From the NCBI GenBank assembly GCA_963778115.1, contig CAVZSV010000004.1, positions 2,528,001-2,592,000 on the forward strand: 64,000 nt of DNA, read 5' to 3'. The notes under the pieces are model-generated. The model saw only the letters and a program-made list of their open reading frames with translations, did not search any database and was not told the origin of the DNA. Shown here in pieces: positions 31,233 through 40,518 of the stretch (the stretch's first letter is position 1; each line of letters opens with the position of its first letter). The DNA comes from an uncultured delta proteobacterium. GTDB lineage: Bacteria > Bdellovibrionota > FAC87 > UBA2466. The position numbers and the translations under genes were made by a program.

Positions 31233-32531
31233 TTGCGATTCTTATTTCTTATTGTATTGCTAGTTTTGGGGACACCGATCTCAGCTCAGCCACTTCGCTT
31301 GGAATTTTGGCATTCCATGACTAGCGACAAAGGGGCATTGACCCTTGCTCTCGTAAAGGAATTCAATGAACTCACGAGCCACAAAGGAAAGATCGAAGTC
31401 ATACCTCAATTCGTGGGGACTTACGAAGAGGGCCTTAACAAGTTACGTACCGCATTATTAGCGAAACGTGGGCCTCACATCGCTCAGATTACCGATATAG
31501 GAACTCAAGTCATGATCGACTCGGGCCGGATTCGGCCTCTTGACGATTTTAGCAAGCAGGATCCTCAATTTCCCTTTGCACAACTTCTTTCTCCGATTCG
31601 AAGATATTACGAAGTTCAGGGGCGGCTTTACTCTCTTCCTTTTGCGACTTCGACTCCAGTAGTCTATTACAACGAAGATTTGTTTCACAAAGCAGGGATC
31701 ACCCGCGCTCCGGAAACGTTTGCCGAGTTAGAAGCAATCTCTCGTAAATTGACCAACCCAGCACAGCGAACGAGTGGCATCACCTGGCCTCTCCACAGTT
31801 GGTTCTTTGAACAATTTCTGGCGCGTCAGGGTAAGGACCTCGTCAACCAGGGAAATGGGCGTGAAGGGCGCGCGACCGAAGTAAATTTCACGGTTCCTGA
31901 AGCCCTAGACTTTGTAAATTTGTGGGCTTCGATGGCCAAAGAGGGGACCTTTGCCAATGTGGGGAGAGGTTGGGATCCCGCCGAGCAGAACTTCTTGGCG
32001 GGCCGATCCGCGATGCTTATCACCTCTTCCAGTGACGTCTTTGATATTTCAAGTAAAGCGCCATTCCGGGTGGCGACTGCTGCCATTCCCACGCGCGATC
32101 CCAAAGTCAAAGGGGGAGTGGTTATTGGAGGCAATTCTTTGTGGATCTTGCGAACCAAACCGGAAGAGGAGCAGAGGGCCTCTTACGAGTTTTTAAAATT
32201 CATGGCATCAAAAGAGGTTCAAAAAAGATGGCATACGGGAACGGGCTATCTTCCGATTCGCAAAGATGTCATTGCCGAGTTGGATAGCGAGGGCTTTTAC
32301 CGTAAATTTCCTGCGGCACGTACGGCCATTACCGAATTGGAACAGTCTGCTGAAATGGACGCGACTTCGGGAGCTCTTATTGGTAATTTTGCCGAAGTAA
32401 GAGAGTCCGTGGAATCGGCTATTGAAAAGGTTTTGGCTGGAATGTTGGATGCCAAGACCGCCCTTTCTCAAGCTAAGGATGAAACGGACCGGGCTCTGCT
32501 GCGTTATAACCGGGGAGTTGCAGGGCGTTAG
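31233..32531 (+). CDS. ugpB: ABC substrate-binding protein (UgpB-like)
   Basis: Signal peptide from TTG 31233; FWHSM, SLPFATSTP.YYN, GGNSLW, WHTGTGYLP. Confidence 0.85.
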   Translation: MRFLFLIVLLVLGTPISAQPLRLEFWHSMTSDKGALTLALVKEFNELTSHKGKIEVIPQFVGTYEEGLNKLRTALLAKRGPHIAQITDIGTQVMIDSGRIRPLDDFSKQDPQFPFAQLLSPIRRYYEVQGRLYSLPFATSTPVVYYNEDLFHKAGITRAPETFAELEAISRKLTNPAQRTSGITWPLHSWFFEQFLARQGKDLVNQGNGREGRATEVNFTVPEALDFVNLWASMAKEGTFANVGRGWDPAEQNFLAGRSAMLITSSSDVFDISSKAPFRVATAAIPTRDPKVKGGVVIGGNSLWILRTKPEEEQRASYEFLKFMASKEVQKRWHTGTGYLPIRKDVIAELDSEGFYRKFPAARTAITELEQSAEMDATSGALIGNFAEVRESVESAIEKVLAGMLDAKTALSQAKDETDRALLRYNRGVAGR

Positions 32532-32536
32532 GATGA

Positions 32537-33370
32537 GTGATGCCAAAACTTTTAAAAAAAACTCATAAGATCTCTATCCATGGTCATCGCGGATCGCGAG
32601 GCACCCATCCGGAAAATACGATCCCAGCTTTCGAAGCGGCCGTCCAAGCGGGTTGCGACTATTTTGAACTGGACGTACATCTCACCAAAGACAATGTGGT
32701 GGTGGTTTTCCATGACTTTGAGTTAAGCCGCTTGTGCGCGGATGCTCAGGGAAAGAGATTTGCTGGCCCTGTTCCCATTCGACAGCTTACGATGGCGGAG
32801 ATTTCGACCTACCACTGCGGGAATTTCTCGCAGCCCAATTTTCCCAAGCAGAAGTTAATTCCCGGAACGAAGATTCCCACGCTAGAAGATGTTTTGGAAT
32901 GGGTTACGAAAACGTCGGCTACGATAGGCATCAATATCGAAATCAAACTCTCCAAAGAAGATCCTCTGGCTCCGAACGCCGAAGATTTTGCCAAAAGAGT
33001 CTTAACTCTAATCGAACGTTTTAACGTCCTTCCCAGAACGTTAGTGCAATCGTTCGATTTTCGTCCGTTGGAGTGTTTAAAGCGTCTGCGTCCCGATCTC
33101 TTTCTTTCTTACCTTTTTGAACGGGAACTCGATTTTGCGGATATTGCCTCCGATAGGGGGGCCGGGGTAGCGGCTCCCTTCTTTGGCTTGATTACGCCAG
33201 AGGCAGTTCGTTTTTGTCACTCTCGGGGAATTCAAGTACTTCCTTGGACCGTAAACGAGAAAGCTGATTGGAAAAGCATGATAGCCATGGGAGTGGACGG
33301 GATTATCACGGATTACCCACGAGACCTTATCGCAAGCGGTCTAGTTACGAAAGAGAATCACAATGACTGA
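32537..33370 (+). CDS. glycerophosphodiester phosphodiesterase
   Basis: HRG..G..PENT, ELDV, HD, NIEIK, WTVN, GIITDYP. Confidence 0.95.
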   Translation: MMPKLLKKTHKISIHGHRGSRGTHPENTIPAFEAAVQAGCDYFELDVHLTKDNVVVVFHDFELSRLCADAQGKRFAGPVPIRQLTMAEISTYHCGNFSQPNFPKQKLIPGTKIPTLEDVLEWVTKTSATIGINIEIKLSKEDPLAPNAEDFAKRVLTLIERFNVLPRTLVQSFDFRPLECLKRLRPDLFLSYLFERELDFADIASDRGAGVAAPFFGLITPEAVRFCHSRGIQVLPWTVNEKADWKSMIAMGVDGIITDYPRDLIASGLVTKENHND

Positions 33371-33911
33371 TAGCAGATCTGAAAGAGGAAAAGCTGGGGG
33401 GAGTATCAGCTGGGATGAATATTTTATGCTGCAGGCGATGCTGGCCAGCTACAAAAGCAAAGATCCCAACACGAAAGTCGGCTGCGTTTTTGTCGACAAG
33501 AATAATCACCAAATTACAATGGGCTACAACGGGAATGTCGCCGGCATTGACGAGTCCCAGGTGCCGTGGGGGAATGACAGGTCTGCCCCACTCGAAAAAC
33601 AAAAGTATGGATATGTGATCCATAGTGAAGCCAATGCCATTACTCACCGCAACGCGAGCCTCGAAGGGGCGAGGGGTTACGTTACGCTATTTCCGTGCAA
33701 TGAATGCGCAAAACTGATTGCGAGCCAGAGGGTTTCTGAGGTCATCTACCTTTCGGATAAATACGCCGATTCTCCTGAAGTGAAAATCGCTAAACATATA
33801 TTCGATCTTTCGGGAGTGAAGTATCGGAAACTTCCGCTTTCGCAAGATCTGATTCACGGTCTCCAAGACTATCTTCTCTCGCTCTTAAGAACCTGTAGCC
33901 AATCAATTTGA
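33363..33911 (+). CDS. dCMP deaminase family protein
   Basis: SKDP.TKVG, GYNG, HSEANA, PCNEC zinc motif. Confidence 0.93.
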   Translation: MTDSRSERGKAGGSISWDEYFMLQAMLASYKSKDPNTKVGCVFVDKNNHQITMGYNGNVAGIDESQVPWGNDRSAPLEKQKYGYVIHSEANAITHRNASLEGARGYVTLFPCNECAKLIASQRVSEVIYLSDKYADSPEVKIAKHIFDLSGVKYRKLPLSQDLIHGLQDYLLSLLRTCSQSI

Positions 33912-33960
33912 ACGCTGGACTCCCCCCGCCTGAATTTTTTTAAATTTTGTTACTTGGTTC

Positions 33961-33988
33961 TTGCTAAGCGCTTCTCGGTGAGTATTCT
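33961..33988 (+). promoter_or_regulatory. sigma-70-like promoter for the candidate RNA
   Basis: TTGCTA-16 nt-TATTCT. Confidence 0.4.
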
Positions 33989-33996
33989 CTAGCCTA

Positions 33997-34154
33997 TTAA
34001 GAATTTTGTATTGAACGTCTTTTACGGAATTCTGTAGTGCGGCAAAGTCTTACGGGCCGACGAGGCTCCTTTAGAGTGCTAGCACGCGGGACATGAAGTT
34101 CAGCTAGACACGCATCTTGAAATAGCAGCACCGGCCGATTCAAAATAAATCTTC
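33997..34154 (+). ncRNA. candidate structured RNA, 6S RNA-like
   Basis: No credible ORF between promoter and terminator; ends are complementary (AAGA/TCTT, TTGAA/TTCAA, GTGCG/CGCAT), giving an imperfect rod; GACAC..CTTGAA recalls the 6S 3' strand. Confidence 0.45.
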
Positions 34155-34157
34155 ATG

Positions 34158-34194
34158 AAAGAGTGGCCTCGCCTTACCGCGGGGCCACTCTTTT
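34158..34194 (+). terminator. rho-independent terminator
   Basis: AAAGAGTGGCCTCGC...GCGGGGCCACTCTTTT. Confidence 0.9.
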
Positions 34195-34264
34195 ACTGTT
34201 TCCCGTTTAATGATAATAGACATGGTTTGGTTTGCGATCGCACGTTAAATAGCGGAGTAATGGA

Positions 34265-35398
34265 GTGCGTTGGGGATTTGTCATTTCTGGCCTGCTGGTT
34301 CTCGTCATCGAGGCGTTCTTCGACAACGTCCGAGGCCCTTTAATTCCCGTCTTTACCCAGACCCTCAACATCGACTACTCGAAAGCTAGCCTTTTTGTAG
34401 TGTGGGGATGCTTCCTAGCGGTCTTTTTTACGCTTTTGCTTCTTCCTTTGATGGCGAAATACCCACTGCGCAAGATTTCTCTATCTCTTTGCGCTCTTTC
34501 CGCAATCGCCGTGGGTTTTAGTTTCTTGGTGAGAGGATTTCTTACCCTCAACTTTTTTGCGGTAATCGTCGGTGCTGTCGTAGCACTAATGGGAGTGCTG
34601 TGTAATATCCTGGTCGTTGAAGGTACCGATCTGCACCACCGCTCTCGTGCCATGTGTATGCTCCATATGATGTATGGATTTGGTTCGCTCGTGGCACCTT
34701 TGGTAGTCCGCTTCTTCCTCGAAAGAGGAATAAACTGGCCGTGGGTTTTTGTGGCGATTCTTCCCGTCATTATTTTAACTTCCATCCTCCTTAGAGTTTC
34801 TTTGCCGGCTCAAGAAAAAGATCGCGTGCAAGTTTCGCTTTCCGCCCATCTGACTGCCCTGCAATGGATGATAGTCGTTACCTTTTCGATCTATGTCTCG
34901 GGAGAGGTGATGACCTCGATGTGGATGGTGACTTATCTCGTAGAGAGCCAAAGTCTCAGTGTGGCTCAGGCGGCCCCGTACCTCAGTGGCTTTTTTCTGG
35001 TAATGGCGCTCAGTCGTGGTCTTTGTTTCTTGTCGTTGCGTCCCTCATTAGAGGGAATCGTTTTGGGCTTAAGTTTAGTGTTGGCGCTCTTCTTTTTCAT
35101 ACTGGGACGATCGGGGCATCTATGGGCGTTTCCTTTAGTAGGTCTGTTAGGTCCTTACTTTCCCCTGTATCTTTCTCGCATTAGTCGTAGTTTTCCGGAA
35201 GAGGCGCATCGACTTACGGTTTGGATTCTAAGTGCGATGCAATTGGCGCTGGGTCTGTTTCACCTCTTTGTGGGAAAACTCACCGACAAACTGGGAGTTC
35301 ACGTTGCTTATTGGTTACCTCCCGTTCTGTTCGTAGCAGCCCTCGGTCTGTTGTTACTATTCTTCAGGGCGGAGCGTCGACGAGTAGTGATGAGCTAG
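34265..35398 (+). CDS. MFS transporter
   Basis: About 12 hydrophobic segments, GKLTDKLG motif. Confidence 0.85.
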   Translation: MRWGFVISGLLVLVIEAFFDNVRGPLIPVFTQTLNIDYSKASLFVVWGCFLAVFFTLLLLPLMAKYPLRKISLSLCALSAIAVGFSFLVRGFLTLNFFAVIVGAVVALMGVLCNILVVEGTDLHHRSRAMCMLHMMYGFGSLVAPLVVRFFLERGINWPWVFVAILPVIILTSILLRVSLPAQEKDRVQVSLSAHLTALQWMIVVTFSIYVSGEVMTSMWMVTYLVESQSLSVAQAAPYLSGFFLVMALSRGLCFLSLRPSLEGIVLGLSLVLALFFFILGRSGHLWAFPLVGLLGPYFPLYLSRISRSFPEEAHRLTVWILSAMQLALGLFHLFVGKLTDKLGVHVAYWLPPVLFVAALGLLLLFFRAERRRVVMS

Positions 35399-35409
35399 AT
35401 TTAGCGATC

Positions 35410-36366
35410 TTGAAATTTTTCTTCTCTGAAAGTGTGGTTGTGGGTTGCCAATGGAGGGTTCGCGGGGCACTCTCTATTAGGGGATACATTTTACAATCTG
35501 AAACTACACAAAGGCACCTTCTGAAGAAACGACTTCAGTTCGAAAATATTTTTTGGCTTTCGTTTATTCACCTAGGGGCGCTGATCGCGATTCCGTTTTT
35601 CTCTTGGTCTGCATTAGGCGTTTGTCTTCTACTGCTATTCACCATCTCGCCTATCGGGATTAACATGACGTACCACCGGCTCTTGACCCATCGGGGTTTT
35701 GTGGTGCCACAGTGGTTTGAGTATGTCCTAGCAACGATTGCCGCTACTTCGGGACAAGGGCCTATGCTTCTTTGGGTGGCGGAACATCGTTTACACCATC
35801 GTTATTCGGATGGACCTTTGGATCCCCATAGTCCCGCGAACGGAGGATTTTTTCATGCCCATATAGGCCATCTCTTTTATCACAAAGAATTTGAAGATGA
35901 GCCTGAGGTGTGGATGAAGTACGTCCCTGATCTGGCATCTCACCGCTACTACCTATTTTTGAGCAAGTACGCGGGACTCTTTGTCGCGGCCCCTGCCATT
36001 CCTCTCTACCTCTGCGGGGGAATTTCGTTTGTATTGTGGGGAATTTTTGTTCGCATTGTTTTGATGTGGCATGTGACCTGGTCGGTGAATTCGGTCTGTC
36101 ATATGTTTGGTTACCGGACTTTCGATACCAAAGATACCTCGCGGAATAATTGGGTCGTGGGGTGGTTTGGCGCAGGGGAAGGGTGGCACAATAACCACCA
36201 TTCAGCCCCTCAATGCGCTTCTCATGGTCGCACGCGCTGGGAATTTGATCTTACCTATTTGATTATTCGGGCTTTGAAAGCGTTAGGACTCGCGTCCGAT
36301 GTGAAAGCTCCTGAAAAGCCGTCGCTAATCGATCTGAGTCTCAAACCTATTCTTCCTGTGACCTGA
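35410..36366 (+). CDS. fatty acid (delta-9-type) desaturase; start uncertain
   Basis: His boxes HRLLTH, HRLHH, GEGWHNNHH. Confidence 0.93.
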   Translation: MKFFFSESVVVGCQWRVRGALSIRGYILQSETTQRHLLKKRLQFENIFWLSFIHLGALIAIPFFSWSALGVCLLLLFTISPIGINMTYHRLLTHRGFVVPQWFEYVLATIAATSGQGPMLLWVAEHRLHHRYSDGPLDPHSPANGGFFHAHIGHLFYHKEFEDEPEVWMKYVPDLASHRYYLFLSKYAGLFVAAPAIPLYLCGGISFVLWGIFVRIVLMWHVTWSVNSVCHMFGYRTFDTKDTSRNNWVVGWFGAGEGWHNNHHSAPQCASHGRTRWEFDLTYLIIRALKALGLASDVKAPEKPSLIDLSLKPILPVT

Positions 36367-36368
36367 AA

Positions 36369-37196
36369 TTAATTGTTGGAGGAGAGCTGGTTATTCATTT
36401 GGATCGTAAAGGGGGCTTGTCTTACATTTCCCCGTTGAACCTCGGTCAGAGTCTGCAGGCGGGCTTGGTATTCCCAGGCGTTCTTGGTCTTAGCGAGAGA
36501 CTGCTTAAGTAACCCTTCACATTCTGGTCCATTGCCCATTCGGCATTGCGCGTAGGCCTGAAAGTACGGGACAGCGGGGCTATTGGGATAGGCACGGCCC
36601 GTCTGCTCCACTTGATCGGCGATGTCTTGCCAGCTCTGTTTTGCTTTTACGCTTTCCAGAACCGCAAAGCCTAATCTCAAATCGGTAAGCTGAGGATCTT
36701 CCTGACGGTCCGAGTGGCTGACTTCGTCGGCGTGTGCGAGAGAGGCTTGCACCTTTTCCTGTTCTTCCGGAGTCATCGCACCGTGTTTGGGATCGGTAAG
36801 ATGAAGAAATTGGGAAATGACTTGAGCCTTTGCCGCGGAATAAGAGTTAGGATCGGCTGCGGCTAATTTTTCTGCCACCGCTTGAGTGCGAGGGCTTCCC
36901 GCGTCGTATTCGAATCCGGCTTTGAGCTGCTCCGCTAAGACTTTGGGATCGGTCGCGGTAATTGCTGCTAGGGCAACCGTTAAACGAGATTCCCGTTTCT
37001 GCTCGATTACTGTGGGGATCGAAGTCTTTTTATTCGAGGATTTAGCAACCGGGATTCCGGTGGTAGGAGTCTCCACTTTTTCCCATTCGGTAGGAACTAA
37101 TTCTGCTTCGAGACGGGCCCTGCGAGAATAGGTGTGCCAAAACGTTCCACCTACTATCGCAAGGCCCAACACGAAAAATGTAATTCGGATTTTCAT
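36369..37196 (-). CDS. hypothetical membrane-anchored protein with a TPR-like C-terminus
   Basis: N-terminal TM; YPNSPAVPYFQAY helix pair; translationally coupled (TAATG) to the upstream Gly-rich gene. Confidence 0.7.
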   Translation of the reverse strand: MKIRITFFVLGLAIVGGTFWHTYSRRARLEAELVPTEWEKVETPTTGIPVAKSSNKKTSIPTVIEQKRESRLTVALAAITATDPKVLAEQLKAGFEYDAGSPRTQAVAEKLAAADPNSYSAAKAQVISQFLHLTDPKHGAMTPEEQEKVQASLAHADEVSHSDRQEDPQLTDLRLGFAVLESVKAKQSWQDIADQVEQTGRAYPNSPAVPYFQAYAQCRMGNGPECEGLLKQSLAKTKNAWEYQARLQTLTEVQRGNVRQAPFTIQMNNQLSSNN

Positions 37197-37987
37197 TAGG
37201 GCATGTTTACCTGGCCGGCAAAGTTACCATTGCCGGGGCCCTGTGTTCCAAAATTGGGAACGCTGTAATAAGGGTTGTTGATGAAATAGGGATGGCCAGA
37301 GGAGGTTTGCATGTACGCACCCTGACCGTTATTCATCATTCCATTACCATTCATTGGTCCGTTCATACCGTTTCCGTTCATAGGGCCATTCATTCCTGCG
37401 CCCATTTGACCTTGTCCGTAGGGCATTCCATTCGGCACGCCATTGTAACCGTTGTTGATCATGACTTGAGGATAATGGCCACCCATTCCGCCGCCGTATG
37501 CTCCACCGGGTCCGCCCATTCCGCCGCCGTATGGTCCACCCATGCCGCCGCCGTACTGTCCAGGGCCGTATTGTCCGCCACCATATTGTCCATTACCGCC
37601 TGCAACTACGGCACCGCCAGCAACCATGCCAGCGCCGCCGCCACCATATTGTCCATTACCCCCTGCAACTACAGCACCGCCAGCAACCATGCCAGCGCCG
37701 TATTGTCCGGCACCATATTGTCCCCCGCCGTATTGTCCGCCGGGTCCGCCCATACCGCCGCCGTATTGACCTCCGCCGTATTGTCCGCCGGGTCCGCCCA
37801 TACCGCCGCCGTATTGTCCGCCGCCGTATCCACCCATACCGCCGCCGTATTGTCCGCCGCCGTATCCACCCATACCGCCGCCGTACTGGCCACCACCGCC
37901 ATTACCGTACGGCATTTGGCTTGGATCGCACGCCATGGAAAGCGGAACAAAAAATGTCACCAGAGCTAAAAGAAGATACTTACCCAT
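37196..37987 (-). CDS. secreted Gly/Tyr/Met-rich low-complexity protein
   Basis: Signal peptide, 12 GQY units, GGGMGG repeats, N/G/M-rich tail. Confidence 0.8.
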   Translation of the reverse strand: MGKYLLLALVTFFVPLSMACDPSQMPYGNGGGGQYGGGMGGYGGGQYGGGMGGYGGGQYGGGMGGPGGQYGGGQYGGGMGGPGGQYGGGQYGAGQYGAGMVAGGAVVAGGNGQYGGGGAGMVAGGAVVAGGNGQYGGGQYGPGQYGGGMGGPYGGGMGGPGGAYGGGMGGHYPQVMINNGYNGVPNGMPYGQGQMGAGMNGPMNGNGMNGPMNGNGMMNNGQGAYMQTSSGHPYFINNPYYSVPNFGTQGPGNGNFAGQVNMP

Positions 37988-38581
37988 TGAAATCCCTTTC
38001 CCATATTTCTAATGCCCGGTCGTGAAGGACTCCTCCACTGACCTTAATCTTTTTGTGAGGTTCGTCTTTGTAGCAGGAATGAAAATCTCGTCAATACCCC
38101 TTGTGGATAATGGAGCGCTTCCGACAAGTTAGAAAAAAAATAGTTGGGTGACAATTTTTGTCACGGAAAAAAGGTACTTAGACGACGATGCGCAATGGTG
38201 AGTCATATATCCTGATGGCTCGAAAGCTACTATTAGTAACGTGTCTGTTTTTCTATGTCGTAACATTTGTGATGCTTCGCCTCGGATTTGCTCCTTTAGA
38301 AACGAAATTATTCCGATTACGCCGAAGAATGCGAATACCATCATCATCCGCTTCATAAGCACCTCGAATTAAGCCTAACAGACGCAAGTCTTGTTTCACT
38401 TTGGAGAGACCTTTTCGGATGCTCGGACGTCGTTTTTCTGTTTAATTACTGGTCGTATTCCTCCATGCGACGGGAATTGCACAGCGCTTTCCACAAAATC
38501 AAGTTCGCCCATATTGGATAAGCATTCTCGGCGAGTTAAACACCCCTGTTTGGATTCTTGGAGAGCTCAGTGCTTCGTGAT

Positions 38582-38598
38582 TTGGTATTTGGTTTGCA
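38582..38598 (+). promoter_or_regulatory. sigma-54 promoter candidate
   Basis: TTGGTATTTGGTTTGCA. Confidence 0.5.
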
Positions 38599-38611
38599 GA
38601 ATAAACAGAGT

Positions 38612-39433
38612 ATGAAACTCAGTTGGGTCGCCGCAAACTTCCTAAACGTGAGTGTTGCTCTTGCAACGAGCCATCAGGCGATTGTTCGAGAACAACCTCG
38701 AGAAGACCTCTATCTGACGACTTCTCCGGTTAGTTTAGAGGAGACGGATGGGGACGATGACGGTTCAGGAAAGGGAGGGCAGAAGCGAAGCGGCTTAACC
38801 TCCCTCTTACCCAGGGGCGACGACGACAAAAGGGAAATCACTTATGTGGTTTATAGCAAAGCAAACAAGCCACCTGCTGAAATCGTAACAGAGACTTTGA
38901 AAGAGCAGGGCAACTCGATGATTTTCTCAGTAAGTCCCATGACCGAGGAGAATTTCAAAAAGGTGATACAGCATTCTCGACAGACCATTTTGGATAAGAT
39001 GATGAGATATCCCGAAAAAATCTCTGTTGTGATCGTCTCTCCCGAGGAGAGTGCGGAAGAGACCCTTCGATCCGATGAATCCCCTTGGCCATTCACTTCC
39101 CTTAAGGATCGTGAGAACGAGATGCTAGCGACCTTTCGCTACCGTATTCCCAGGCCGGAATGGAGTTTCTTAGTGGACCTTTCTTCTAGCTCGAGATGCA
39201 AGCTACCGGTCCGGGAAAACGGCGGGATCTCCGAGGCACTTCTGAGCTGGAGCCGCTTTGACCTGCGAAGTGCCACCGCATCGCTTCGAGATTGGAAATT
39301 GCCTCCTCCTCCCGAGAGGGATCTCTCGGAGTTTAGACAGCCAACCTCGGTTTATCGCTGTACTACACTGCCAGTTCCCCCCCTTACCCCTTTCGGACCT
39401 CTCTCCCCTTCATTGGGGGGCGCTTCGTTCTAG
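38612..39433 (+). CDS. hypothetical protein (signal-like N-terminus)
   Basis: Long ORF, MKLSW...ALA start. Confidence 0.6.
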   Translation: MKLSWVAANFLNVSVALATSHQAIVREQPREDLYLTTSPVSLEETDGDDDGSGKGGQKRSGLTSLLPRGDDDKREITYVVYSKANKPPAEIVTETLKEQGNSMIFSVSPMTEENFKKVIQHSRQTILDKMMRYPEKISVVIVSPEESAEETLRSDESPWPFTSLKDRENEMLATFRYRIPRPEWSFLVDLSSSSRCKLPVRENGGISEALLSWSRFDLRSATASLRDWKLPPPPERDLSEFRQPTSVYRCTTLPVPPLTPFGPLSPSLGGASF

Positions 39434-39534
39434 CCTTTATTGACTCGGTCGGTCGGGTGACAATTTCCCCACAATTGCAGCACAGTTTTCGCAAGAAGCT
39501 TTGCTACGCTCCTGGTGGGGGGATCTGTAAAAAA

Positions 39535-40513
39535 ATGGGCAAAGTAACCGCCAGGAAAGTCTCTCGTCTCGCTTTGCTTAAGGTATCTCACCAAATCCGA
39601 AAACTACTTTGTTGTCCCCTCGATAAATCCACGCTGGAAGGTTGGGAGGGAAATGAACTAGGCTGCAAGCGTGGACATCGCTATCCCATCGTGCAGGGAG
39701 TTCCTGTCTTTACGGTCGAAGGGGGCAAGAAGGGCTTCTGGGGAATGGAGTGGGATAAGAGTTTACGTTCCGATGGAGTCGATCCCTTCGTCGCTCAAGT
39801 CATTGGGGCTACCGGTGGTTTTCTCTATAAGCCATTGATTGGAAGCCTCCCGCGCTATCCTATCCCCGAATTTCGGTTTCAATCGCAGGCAAAAGAGCTG
39901 CTACTTGATATCGGTTGCAACTGGGGCCGATGGACCATGGCCGCCACGAAAGCTGGCTTCACTGCCATTGGCGTTGATCCTCATCTAGATGCCATTTTAG
40001 CTGCCTACCGAGTAGCGGAGCAGCTGGGCATTCGCGCAGACTTTGTCGTCGCTGATGCCAGGTATCTTCCGTTTAAGAAGCAGACGCTGGATCGCGTCTT
40101 TTCCTACAGTGTTCTTCAACATTTTGCGAAAGACGATTCTAGAACTTACCCTTGTCGAAATCCAGCGCTGTCTTAAAAGTGGCGGAAGATCTGATATTCA
40201 AATGGCAAACGGGATTGGATTACGATCCTTTTATCACCAAGTAAGACGCGGCCTCAGGCCCGCCAAAGATTTTGAAGTTCGTTACTGGACTCCGGGAGAG
40301 TTAAAGCACTTGTTCACAACTCTCATCGGAGAAACTCACTTATCTGTCGATGGCTTCTTCTCGGTAAATCTTCAAGCGACCGATCTTGACTTGATGCCCT
40401 TTAAGGTTAAGGGCGCTGTCATGGTTTCCCGTTGGTTGAGCCGGTTATCCAGAGCCTTCCCATGGCTGGTGAACGTGGCAGACAGTGTGTACGTTAGCTC
40501 AAGAAAATTATAA
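39535..40513 (+). pseudogene. Trm112-like + SAM methyltransferase, apparent frameshift at ~40137 (probably a sequencing indel)
   Basis: CP.D...C...HRYPI..GVP; LDIGCNWG; removing one T joins QHFAKDD to LELTLVEIQRCLKSGG. Confidence 0.8.
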
Positions 40514-40518
40514 ACGAT

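Noticed and set aside
37292..38025. Plus-strand ORFs (PPPYC repeats, Arg-rich, Ala/Val-rich)
   Set aside because: These are antisense shadows of the Gly-rich minus-strand gene, which has the signal peptide and translational coupling.
38129..38362. 77-aa minus-strand ORF
   Set aside because: It is short with no recognisable motif and cannot be supported.
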